Below the pieces are notes generated by a model that saw only the letters and a list, made by a program, of their open reading frames with translations, was not told where the DNA came from and made no database searches. From positions 2,553,245-2,617,244 of the forward strand of contig JAUCCB010000001.1 in assembly GCA_034676505.1 (NCBI GenBank): a DNA stretch of 64,000 nt, read 5' to 3'. A program made the translations under genes and the position numbers. Below are positions 49,001 to 56,688 of the stretch, piece by piece. Position 1 is the stretch's first letter, and each line of letters begins with the position of its first letter. The DNA is from Ginsengibacter sp. (lineage in GTDB: Bacteria > Bacteroidota > Bacteroidia > Chitinophagales > Chitinophagaceae).

Positions 49001-50401
49001 AAGGATTGGAAGATATACAATCAGAATAATTATTTGACCGAATACAGCCGCATTCATCATTTTCCCTGCGGAAACATTTACTTCTTCATTCATCTGCTGT
49101 TGCGTAATTCGATCTATCCCTACGAATAGTTTATTTTTATGCAATCGATGCATTACTGCTTCTACTATAATTACTGCGCCGTCTATTATTAATCCGAAAT
49201 CGAGTGCTCCCAAACTCATTAAATTTCCACTAACTCCAAATATATTCATCATGATAATCGCGAATAACATCGAGAGCGGAATCACTGATGCAACCAATAA
49301 ACCGGCACGAAGGTTTCCAAGAAAAAGAACCAATATTAAAATCACAATTAACGCTCCTTCTAACAAATTTGTTTCCACCGTGGCGATGGCATTATTCACC
49401 ATTTTTGTTCGGTCAAGAAATGGTTCAATCGTTACTCCTTCAGGCAATGTTTTTTCTATCTGAGCAATTTTATTTTTTACATCTTTAATTACTTGAGATG
49501 AATTCCCGCCCTTTAACATCATCACAATAGCACCTGCAACTTCACCTTCATCGTTGTAAGTAACGGCACCATATCTGGTGGCTGTACCCAATTGCACATC
49601 TGCTACATCCCTTATGGATACTGGTGTTCCGTTGGGTAATGTTTTAATCATGATGTTATTGATATCTTCCTTGGTCTTCACCAAACCTTCGCTTCGGATA
49701 AATAAAACAACCGGACCTTTTTCAATATAAGCACCACCGGTATTTTGATTATTTTTTTCTAATGCAGAAAAAATTTCAGAAATGGTGATGTTGTAAGATT
49801 TTAGTTTATCGTAATTGACACCGATTTCATATTGTTTTAATTTTCCTCCAAAGCTGCCCACATCAGCCACTCCGGGAGTTCCCATCAATTGCCTTCGGAT
49901 TACCCAATCCTGAATGGTACGCAATTCTGTTACATCATATTGTTGTTCGTAACCGGGTTTTGCTTTCACCACGTATTGAAATATTTCTCCCAATCCGGTA
50001 GTTACGGGCCCCATTTGTGGAACACCTAAATCAGGTGGAATTTCATTTTGTATTTGGCCTAATCTTTCGCCCACTTGTTGCCTTGCCCAATACACATCAG
50101 TTTTATCATTAAAAACAATCGTTACTAATGATAATCCAAAACGAGAAAAAGAACGCTGTTCAATGATACCGGGAATATTAATCGTAGATTGTTCGATCGG
50201 AAAAGTAATCAGTCTTTCAATATCTGCCGCGCCCAATGAAGGCGAAGGAGTAATAATCAAAACCTGATTGTTGGTAATGTCAGGAACCGCGTCAATCGGC
50301 AATTTGGCTACATTAAAGGCACCATAAATAATGAGCCCCAGCACCATCATACCCACAATTAATTTATTGCGGATAGAAAAGGATATAATTTTATTAAGCA
50401 T
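46019..50401 (-). CDS. CusA/CzcA-family heavy-metal RND pump fused in frame to a TolC/CzcC-like outer-membrane factor
   Basis: 1460 aa. Residues 1-~1035 form a complete CzcA-type pump (MLNKIISFSIRNKL...LVLPILYSWIEK). Residues 1047-1460 begin with Met plus a signal peptide (MRIFKKTKKIIPLLLLVIVSNGVFAQ) and continue as a TolC-like protein. Confidence 0.85.
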   Translation of the reverse strand: MLNKIISFSIRNKLIVGMMVLGLIIYGAFNVAKLPIDAVPDITNNQVLIITPSPSLGAADIERLITFPIEQSTINIPGIIEQRSFSRFGLSLVTIVFNDKTDVYWARQQVGERLGQIQNEIPPDLGVPQMGPVTTGLGEIFQYVVKAKPGYEQQYDVTELRTIQDWVIRRQLMGTPGVADVGSFGGKLKQYEIGVNYDKLKSYNITISEIFSALEKNNQNTGGAYIEKGPVVLFIRSEGLVKTKEDINNIMIKTLPNGTPVSIRDVADVQLGTATRYGAVTYNDEGEVAGAIVMMLKGGNSSQVIKDVKNKIAQIEKTLPEGVTIEPFLDRTKMVNNAIATVETNLLEGALIVILILVLFLGNLRAGLLVASVIPLSMLFAIIMMNIFGVSGNLMSLGALDFGLIIDGAVIIVEAVMHRLHKNKLFVGIDRITQQQMNEEVNVSAGKMMNAAVFGQIIILIVYLPILSLQGIEGKMFKPMAQTVAFAIIGAFLLSLTYIPMMSSLVLSKKLSHKDNFSDRMMRKLERGYKRILLFALSIPRTVVAATVVVFVAAILLLSTLGGEFIPKLEEGDFAVDTRVLTGSSLSTTIKSTQQAAHILLQQFPEVEKVVTKIGSGEIPTDPMPIEASDMMVILKPKKQWTSAKSFNELADKMSKALEDVPGITAGFQFPVQMRFNELMTGGRQDVVCKIFGEDLDTLDLYAEKIGAIVNGVDGAKDVYVESVTGLPQIVVEYNRAALTQFGLTIADANNTLQSAFAGAVSGQVFENERRFDLVVRLNNESRQSLSDVQHLLISTPSGQQIPLSQVAYVQIKVGPNQIQREDAQRRITVGFNVRGKDVQSVVQELQNKISQQLKLPAGYFITYGGEFENLVAAKGRLSLAVPISLLMIFVLLYFAFHSVKQGLLIFTAIPLSAIGGVVALWLRDMPFSISAGVGFIALFGVAVLNGIVLITEMNHLKKAGILNVRTRIIKGTEIRLRPVLMTAAVASFGFLPMALSKGAGAEVQRPLATVVIGGLITATFLTLLVLPILYSWIEKNSVSKNKKSLMRIFKKTKKIIPLLLLVIVSNGVFAQKTIGLQSAIDKALQQNLSVQASVLKTLSSKKMEGSAIDIPLTTITGEYGNVNSAYNDTKFGLSQNISFPAVYKKQKLLLEAYTQNSLLNESVIKTELKKQVTVLFYQMLVMQEKIILLQKADSLYNNFLERQEQRFNAGDANLLEKTAAETQRMQIANQLQQIKGDLKIIQSQFGKLLHSNEIYFPENGKLKINLDVLPDTSFAYSFPLVKLKEQQQNIILKEIEVTKTKTLPQLSLSYFNQSIVGTQDVNGVSKNFTSSHRFSAVELGLHIPIFNGANKARISSGKINYNVAQLEHKELLIEYQSTIQQLQLKYQKNKQSLDYYEKGALKHATILSENANLQFANGAINYIEWMMLINQSIGIQSEYLNTINDWNQTIIEMNSFVNN

Positions 50402-50484
50402 AAATTATTTCTTAATTTTTGAAATAAAGAACATAGTTAACCTTATCAGAAAAGTATTTGTAGACTGATAGAGAGAATTATAAT

Positions 50485-50865
50485 TTATGCGAATTGTGGG
50501 GGACGGAAAATGCTTTTGGCGTAACTGGATTCTATCCAATCATTATGAAATTTTGGGAAATCTTTTATCAAAGGAGTTTCAAAGGGCAACTCAAAAACTA
50601 TTTCTTCGGGCACTACAATTGAAGTAATTACTTGTAGGCAATCATTCGTTTTAAAAGGTAATTGCATATCTCTTGCATAATCATCATCTACCGGATCTCC
50701 GCTGAAATAATGCAGCACAATAAATTGACTTAGGGAAATATCTTTAGATTCAGCTTTATGCTCAAAATAATGTTGTACCAAAATTGGCAATTTCAATATT
50801 TGGTGCAATTCTGTTTGTGAAAAAACTAGAACAGTCAGAAATAATATGGCTGAAATTTTCCTCAT
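50485..50865 (-). CDS. small secreted protein of unknown function upstream of the RND operon
   Basis: 126 aa with a signal peptide and His-containing motifs (LVQHYFEHK, VLHYFSGDPVDDDYARDMQLPFK). It is co-directional with the pump gene, 83 nt upstream of it. Confidence 0.5.
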   Translation of the reverse strand: MRKISAILFLTVLVFSQTELHQILKLPILVQHYFEHKAESKDISLSQFIVLHYFSGDPVDDDYARDMQLPFKTNDCLQVITSIVVPEEIVFELPFETPLIKDFPKFHNDWIESSYAKSIFRPPQFA

Positions 50866-50924
50866 TTTTCAAAGGTAAACTTTAAGGGTTGTTGTAAAAA
50901 TGATTTGAATCAGTTTTCTAACAT

Positions 50925-50959
50925 CAAAAAAAAGCCGCCTCAATTTATTTTGAGACGGC
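50925..50959 (-). terminator. rho-independent terminator after the OmpA-family gene
   Basis: On the minus strand, AGCCGTCTCAA pairs with TTGAGGCGGCT (one G-U pair) and T8 follows. On the plus strand the wobble position becomes a C-A mismatch, which favours minus-strand function. Confidence 0.8.
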
Positions 50960-50998
50960 TAATTATTATTCACAAATACAAAGAGAAGATCTTATGTT

Positions 50999-52975
50999 CT
51001 ATTCACTTGGAATGATATCAATGATCACAGTTCGGTTATAAAATCTTTTTTCAGGAAGATTATTTTCAAAAGGTGCCAAACCTTCGTCTTCACCAAATCC
51101 ATAAGCTTGAAATTTTACTCCTTTCTTTCCTGCATTAGCCAACGCTTTTTCAAGAATTTGCTGAGTTCCGGTTGCTCTGTCATGCGATAAAGTATGGTTA
51201 TACTTTTCATCACCTATTATATCGGTGTGACCTTGAATAATCACTGTGCTATTATTTGAAATAAGTGGAGTTACTACATCTGTTAGGAACTTTTCGTAAG
51301 AAGCAATCGTTGCGGATTTGTCAAAACCAAAAAGCACACTATATCGTAATCCTTCTTGTTTTGGATTATCCATTTTCCTCAAACTAACTGAACTTTCTTT
51401 TTCAATAGTTTGACCACTTTTTGTTTGTCCAACCATCCATATTTTATAATTGCCTTGTGTGTTATTTCCTAAAATAGTTTTTCCGGGTACCGAAGCCTGG
51501 TCAGTTTTGAAAGGTCCGTAATTTTGTACATTACCTTTTTCATCTTCCACTTTCACTGTCCAAGATTGTAATAAATCTGTAGCATTTCCTACATTAAAAA
51601 TTACAGGGCTATCCATTGGATCCGTTTGTACGGTTGTAATTTGAACCGGCTTTAAAAACAGAGAATTGGCACCACCAACTTGCAATAATAATTCAGGAGA
51701 GGTACTTACAATATCAACTCTATGATCGCCTTCGCGTAATAAATCGAGTTCTGTTTTTGCACCTAACTTTTCAGAAGGAATAAGAGGTTTATCTCTTCCT
51801 TCAGTACTAATTCTAGAACCATTAATTCCAAAAATAGTAACCAAATATTGCTTAATATTTTCAGCCATTTGTTTTCCTTCTGCCGGATTTTTATCTGCAG
51901 CTCCGGATAAAGAAATGGTACTATTAGGATTCGCTCTCAAACGATCTCCCATAATGTTCAAAATATTATAATACACATCAAGTTGTCTTGATGAACGACC
52001 GGTATTTAAATTATTGGGTTGAGACTGTTGCAATTGTCCTTCTTTGAAAGATGCAGCTTGACTATTATTCAATTTCACATAACGATTAGGTATTTCGGTT
52101 GATCCTGTGTTGAAGAATACAGAGTTAAGTAGAGGAAAAGTTTCTTTTATCTGACGGTTCATTGGAACCACTTTAGGAGCCCTAACAGAAAATTGAACTT
52201 CTTTTTCAGTTACATATACTGTATTAGTTGTAGGTTCTATTTCAGTTTTTGTTGTAGGTACTTTCTTTCCGGTACCAAATTTAAGTGCCATACCTGCACG
52301 AATTGTGTAGATAGCCCATGATTCTACGGTACGAGGCGATTGACCTAAATCAGTTTGAAAAGATACAAAAGGAGAAAGTGTCATTTGCGAAGCACTTGTA
52401 CGAGCCGAAAGAGGAATATCTACTCCTGCTCCTACCTGTGCTGAAATTACTGTTTGACGAATATCACTCCAATCGCCTTGTTTATCTGTTTGTTTTTCTT
52501 GGATATAAGTGAATTTTTTATTTACATTAAAGGAAAAGGTAGGCCCTGCAAACAAATAAAATGCGGAAGAAAATGGGGCTAATCTTAAACTAGGTTCCAA
52601 AGTAATATAACTAAGGTTTGTTGACAAATCTGCCGGACAATTACAAGGAGCGTCTACTTGGTCAAATTTACCACCCCGATTATCATAGGAAACATTCAGC
52701 ATTCCGCCTATTGTTCTATTTGGACGATATTCAACCAATAATGATAGATAAGGTTTTACACCTTTTCCTTTGTGAAAAGCTGTTGGTACAATTAATTTAT
52801 TGTTGATCATCTGCGTTGTTCCGCGATAAAAATTGATGTTCGCCGCGCCTGATTCGCCAAACCACCATACAGGCTGTACCCGTTGTTCGGTTTGTGCATG
52901 AACGTTTGTGGCAACGAATAGTAACATCAAGAATACGATTGTAAACTTGTGTTTTAATAGGTGATAAAGTATCAT
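50999..52975 (-). CDS. large OmpA-family outer-membrane protein (N-terminal beta-barrel-like region + C-terminal OmpA domain)
   Basis: 658 aa with a signal peptide (FLMLLFVATNVHAQ) and a barrel-like alternating N-terminal ~230 aa. The C-terminal OmpA-like domain reads IIQGHTDIIGDEKYNHTLSHDRA...NRTVIIDI. Confidence 0.82.
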   Translation of the reverse strand: MILYHLLKHKFTIVFLMLLFVATNVHAQTEQRVQPVWWFGESGAANINFYRGTTQMINNKLIVPTAFHKGKGVKPYLSLLVEYRPNRTIGGMLNVSYDNRGGKFDQVDAPCNCPADLSTNLSYITLEPSLRLAPFSSAFYLFAGPTFSFNVNKKFTYIQEKQTDKQGDWSDIRQTVISAQVGAGVDIPLSARTSASQMTLSPFVSFQTDLGQSPRTVESWAIYTIRAGMALKFGTGKKVPTTKTEIEPTTNTVYVTEKEVQFSVRAPKVVPMNRQIKETFPLLNSVFFNTGSTEIPNRYVKLNNSQAASFKEGQLQQSQPNNLNTGRSSRQLDVYYNILNIMGDRLRANPNSTISLSGAADKNPAEGKQMAENIKQYLVTIFGINGSRISTEGRDKPLIPSEKLGAKTELDLLREGDHRVDIVSTSPELLLQVGGANSLFLKPVQITTVQTDPMDSPVIFNVGNATDLLQSWTVKVEDEKGNVQNYGPFKTDQASVPGKTILGNNTQGNYKIWMVGQTKSGQTIEKESSVSLRKMDNPKQEGLRYSVLFGFDKSATIASYEKFLTDVVTPLISNNSTVIIQGHTDIIGDEKYNHTLSHDRATGTQQILEKALANAGKKGVKFQAYGFGEDEGLAPFENNLPEKRFYNRTVIIDIIPSE

Positions 52976-53011
52976 AGAATTGTTATTTAAAATTGATGAT
53001 TATATTTTTTG

Positions 53012-53036
53012 AAATAAACCCCGCCCGAAAGCGGGA
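53012..53036 (-). terminator. probable rho-independent terminator after the ice-binding-like gene
   Basis: A short GC stem (CCCGC, 53020-53024, pairs with GCGGG, 53031-53035) is followed on the minus transcript by a UUUAUUU tract. Confidence 0.5.
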
Positions 53037-53049
53037 TTTATTTTATTAT

Positions 53050-55383
53050 TTATTGATTATTGATTGTTGTATTTACCATTGTAACTGAAGCAACCAATGA
53101 AATCGCTCTACCATTCAATACTGTTTGTGTAACATTTCCTGCTGTAGAGAAAGTAACACCAGCCATCGAAATGATAGTACCTGACATGATTCCTCCACCT
53201 GCTGCATTGATAGTTGCTGAGCTACCTACCCACCAGTAAACATTTTTAGGTTGACCACCATTTATCATTTTCACACTGCGTGCGCCTGTTGGGCCAGCAA
53301 TACCTACGGTAAGACCGGAAGCAGACTGGAATATCCATACTGCATTCGGATCGCCTTGTGCATCCAAGGTAAGGTCACCATTGGTTATTTTAAATGTGCC
53401 ACTTGCTGATTTATAAATACCCGGTGCTAATGTTAATCCACCTAATTCACCTGCACCCGGATCAGTTCCACCTGGTTTAGAAGCCGGTGAAATGCTGTTA
53501 TAAGCATTCTGTGCATCAAGTAATGCTGCACTTGCTTTTGCAAAGGAAGTAGCAGTTCCGGGGAATGGAGGTGCTGTAAATATTCCGCCTTTTGAATTTC
53601 CTACATTGAGCGGAGTTTCTGTATATACATCACCGGTTATTCCATCATGAAATCCTGTTACTAATGTAGAGGCTGCGGTTGTTCCGATTCCACCATTATT
53701 AATTACAGTATTTAATCCTTGATTGGTGATTCCTGCGTTACCTCCGAAAGCTCCATAATTTACTATCGTTCCTAGATTAACTGTAGGAGTTAAAGTAAAG
53801 TTTGCAGTGATATTTTTATTCGCATTCATGGTGACATTCAATGGATTTGTAGTACCTGTTGCATCTCCACTCCAGGAGGTAAATGTATATCCTGATTTTG
53901 GAGTTGCGGTAAGCTGCACTACAGTTCCATGATTATAGGTTGCTTGATTCGGACTTTTTGCAACTGTTCCACCGGCGACCGGGTTTAATGTTACATTTAA
54001 TGTGTAAGCATTCCCTGTAAAGTTGGCTACTATTACTCTATTTGATTTCAAAGTAACCTGATAACTTGGATTCGTTGAAACTACAATTCCACCTTCGGTC
54101 CAGTTAGTAAATGTATACCCGGCATTTGGTGAAGCAGTAAGTAATACAGTAGTTCCGTAATTATAATTTGCTTGATTCGGGTCTTTTGTAACAGTTCCAC
54201 CCACGGTAGGGCTCGCTGTTGCTGATAATGTGTAGGTATTAATTACAAAGTTAGCAACGAGTGAACGGTTCCCATTTAATGGAAATGTATAGCTAGAACT
54301 TGTAGAAACAATATTTCCACTCTCTGTCCAATTCACAAAGGAATATCCGGTACTTGGTGTTGCATTAGCCGTAACTGATGTCCCGGCTGTATATGCACCT
54401 GCTCCAGAAGTTGTTCCTCCTGCTTGTGGATTTGAGGATAATATTAATGCAAATTGCAATGCAGGTATAGCTGTAAAGTTGGCTACTAATGTTCGGTTTG
54501 CAGTTATGGTAAACTGATAACTTGAACTAGTAGATACTACGTTGCCATTTTCTGTCCAATTCACAAAAGTATATCCCGGATTAGGAGATTCGATTACTGT
54601 TACGGAAGTGCCTACATCATACGAACCTTGTCCAAAAGTAGTTCCTCCTGCCATAGGATTAGAGGATAGATTTACTGAAAATTTAGCCGGAGGTATAGGA
54701 GTGAAGTTCGCAACTAACGCCCTGTTTCCTGCCATAGTAAACTGATAACTTGCACTTGTGGAAGCAATAGTTGTTGTTCCACTATCTGTCCAATTAGTAA
54801 ATGTATAACCAGAGTTTGGTGTTGCACCTACTGTAACTACAGAGCCCTGAGCAAATGTTCCTGCTCCGGAGGTGGTTCCGCCTACCAATGGATTGGATGA
54901 TAATTTTACCTGAGGAATGGTTGTAAAAGTCCATACATAATTATTGATCATTGCAGTATTAAATATATCCGTAACCCCGTTTGTGATAGTACCGGTATAT
55001 GTGGTAAAAGGTAATAGTGCTACATCAGGTTTAAATGTAAATACGGCTTTATTAGCTGTGGGAGAAATCGTTCCGGAAATAAATGTAGAACCTTGCTTAA
55101 TAATAAAAGTTGAACTATTAATCGTTGATGGATTCATCTCTGTATTAAAGGTTATTGAAATTACTTTATTATAAGCAACATCAGGAGCTTTATCAGATGG
55201 GTCGGTAGATACTACAATAGGACAAAGACCAACAATCCCCGGCACTTCTGTAACCTTTTTACATCCCGCTCCAAAAACGAGAAGCAATAATATAAAGGAT
55301 ATACTATTGCGTAAGAAGGAACTCCTCTTCCATCTTTCGATTTGAAGATAAATTCCATTTTTTAAAATGTATTTTATTCGCAT
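53050..55383 (-). CDS. surface lipoprotein: Ig-like domain + five B-repeat-like modules + C-terminal DUF3494 / ice-binding-like domain
   Basis: 777 aa with lipobox LLLLVFGAGC. Five ~75-aa repeats each end in ANF. The C-terminal ~240 aa carries DUF3494-type signatures: LGTIVNYGAFGGNAGITNQG, DPNAVWIFQSASGLTV, NVYWWVGSSATI and LNGRAISLVASVTM. Confidence 0.82.
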   Translation of the reverse strand: MRIKYILKNGIYLQIERWKRSSFLRNSISFILLLLVFGAGCKKVTEVPGIVGLCPIVVSTDPSDKAPDVAYNKVISITFNTEMNPSTINSSTFIIKQGSTFISGTISPTANKAVFTFKPDVALLPFTTYTGTITNGVTDIFNTAMINNYVWTFTTIPQVKLSSNPLVGGTTSGAGTFAQGSVVTVGATPNSGYTFTNWTDSGTTTIASTSASYQFTMAGNRALVANFTPIPPAKFSVNLSSNPMAGGTTFGQGSYDVGTSVTVIESPNPGYTFVNWTENGNVVSTSSSYQFTITANRTLVANFTAIPALQFALILSSNPQAGGTTSGAGAYTAGTSVTANATPSTGYSFVNWTESGNIVSTSSSYTFPLNGNRSLVANFVINTYTLSATASPTVGGTVTKDPNQANYNYGTTVLLTASPNAGYTFTNWTEGGIVVSTNPSYQVTLKSNRVIVANFTGNAYTLNVTLNPVAGGTVAKSPNQATYNHGTVVQLTATPKSGYTFTSWSGDATGTTNPLNVTMNANKNITANFTLTPTVNLGTIVNYGAFGGNAGITNQGLNTVINNGGIGTTAASTLVTGFHDGITGDVYTETPLNVGNSKGGIFTAPPFPGTATSFAKASAALLDAQNAYNSISPASKPGGTDPGAGELGGLTLAPGIYKSASGTFKITNGDLTLDAQGDPNAVWIFQSASGLTVGIAGPTGARSVKMINGGQPKNVYWWVGSSATINAAGGGIMSGTIISMAGVTFSTAGNVTQTVLNGRAISLVASVTMVNTTINNQ
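53794..54912 (-). repeat. five tandem, diverged ~225-bp coding repeats (B-repeat-like modules) inside the lipoprotein gene
   Basis: Protein residues 158-530 carry a recurring signature: SSNPxxGGT..G.G.Y..GT.VT..ATP..GYTF.NWTE.G..VST..SYQFT...NR.LVANF. The repeats are diverged at the DNA level. Confidence 0.8.
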
Positions 55384-55469
55384 TGTTGTTAATTTAATTA
55401 ATGAATATTTAGGTTTAAAAATTATTTTTTTGGACGGCTATTTTACAAATTGGGGGGAAATGTTATGAG

Positions 55470-55523
55470 TCGGACAGCCCGGCAATGCCAACAATGGTGC
55501 CGTTAAGTTTTTCTGCTGTCTGA
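55470..55523. other. nested imperfect hairpin in the 477-bp spacer (function unknown)
   Basis: TCGGACAGC (55470-55478) pairs with GCTGTCTGA (55515-55523). Inside it, CGGCA (55480-55484) pairs with TGCCG (55498-55502), and CCA pairs with TGG. The imperfect position is a G-U on the plus strand but an A-C mismatch on the minus strand. Confidence 0.35.
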
Positions 55524-55537
55524 TAAGGAGTTACCTT

Positions 55538-55566
55538 AAAAAAAAGTGGGATAAAAAATATCCCAC
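55538..55566 (-). terminator. strong rho-independent terminator ~300 nt downstream of the rhodanese operon
   Basis: GTGGGATA (55546-55553) pairs with TATCCCAC (55559-55566). The A8 run at 55538-55545 becomes U8 on the minus transcript. Confidence 0.75.
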
Positions 55567-55860
55567 CTTTTATCTAGCTCATATCAAAAAGCGTAATAAC
55601 GGGATATCAAAAAAACTGAATTTCCCCATAGGCAGTTAAATTAGTATGGATAGTTTATTTAAGAAAAAAAATAAGGAGTAAGTAGAAACCGACAGAGGTA
55701 GGTGGAAAGGCTTGAGTGTCTGTATTTGGCCATAAAGTAATGTGATACCCAGCTATCAAGGTATATCCAATTCAAAAAAAGGGTTTATGAATCCACAATA
55801 AAGTAATTTGAATTAAACTTGAGCCAATCAAAAATCAATGATTTTTTATGTCATCAAAAC

Positions 55861-56091
55861 TTATGTTTCTGATGAATGAGATTTTGTTTCTTGAGTAGGA
55901 ATCGTGCAACCGTTGCTACCACAGCATCCTATATTGGTTATCGCTGTGAATAAAAAAAACGCACCTACTAAACCAATTAATGTATCGTTAGTTTGAATGG
56001 TGCGAATAATAAAACCCACACCAAAACCTAATCTAACGAAACGCATGAAATTCCAACCGGTGAATAAAATATGTTTGAAGGAGTTCATCAA
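55861..56091 (-). CDS. small two-helix membrane protein with C-terminal CCGSNGCTI motif (possibly DUF2892/YgaP-TM-like)
   Basis: 76 aa with two hydrophobic helices and a C-terminal Cys cluster. It starts 1 nt after the rhodanese stop. The family assignment is from memory only. Confidence 0.5.
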   Translation of the reverse strand: MMNSFKHILFTGWNFMRFVRLGFGVGFIIRTIQTNDTLIGLVGAFFLFTAITNIGCCGSNGCTIPTQETKSHSSET

Positions 56092-56092
56092 T

Positions 56093-56416
56093 TTATTTTT
56101 TTACAATTTTATTTTGAAGTCTATTCCATCCACCGCCATTATACACAGCATTGTATCCTTTTGATTTTAAAATTCGAGTAGCCGTACCGCTTCTCATTCC
56201 CGATGCACAACAACAGATAATACTTTTATTTTTGTCTTTCAATTTCCCTAAATGATTCGTCAATTCATCAACGGGAATGTTGATAGAATTTTTTATGTGG
56301 CCATTAGCAAACTCACCTTTTGATCGCACATCTACAATGATAGCACCGTTCTTTATTAGTTCGCTATAATCTACTTTAGATCCAATTCCCAAAATCTTTT
56401 TGATTGTATTCCACAT
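56093..56416 (-). CDS. single-domain rhodanese (sulfurtransferase)
   Basis: 107 aa with IIVDVRSKGEFANGHI and the active-site loop CCCASGMRSG (Cys-x5-Arg type). Confidence 0.9.
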   Translation of the reverse strand: MWNTIKKILGIGSKVDYSELIKNGAIIVDVRSKGEFANGHIKNSINIPVDELTNHLGKLKDKNKSIICCCASGMRSGTATRILKSKGYNAVYNGGGWNRLQNKIVKK

Positions 56417-56470
56417 AAGGTTCGTCTATTTTTTTTTAATTATTTTATTTCTGTATTGTCTTCAACACTA

Positions 56471-56683
56471 TTATTTTTTTGAAGGCGATTTTTTAAAAAG
56501 ATTAAAAAATAATCCTCCCATCATAGCGCCGTAAAGCGTACTGTTTAATGGCTTGGAAGTAATAGTACACGTTCCGGAATTGCAACCAACAAAATGGTAA
56601 TACAAATATCCTCCTATGGCACCAAACGCAAGGCCAACAACCGTTAGCCAATATGTAGAAAATAATTTTTTAATCGAGTTCAT
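56471..56683 (-). CDS. small two-helix membrane protein with GCNSGTCTI motif (possibly DUF6132-like)
   Basis: 70 aa with a glycine-rich helix, the central motif VGCNSGTCTITS, and a second helix. It starts 5 nt after the OsmC stop. The family name is recalled, not verified. Confidence 0.5.
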   Translation of the reverse strand: MNSIKKLFSTYWLTVVGLAFGAIGGYLYYHFVGCNSGTCTITSKPLNSTLYGAMMGGLFFNLFKKSPSKK

Positions 56684-56688
56684 TGCTT

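Noticed and set aside
55465-55506. 13-codon plus-strand mini-ORF (MSRTARQCQQWCR) inside the structured spacer.
   Set aside because: It is too short to support and has no evident ribosome-binding context. The sequence is better explained by the nested hairpin it overlaps.
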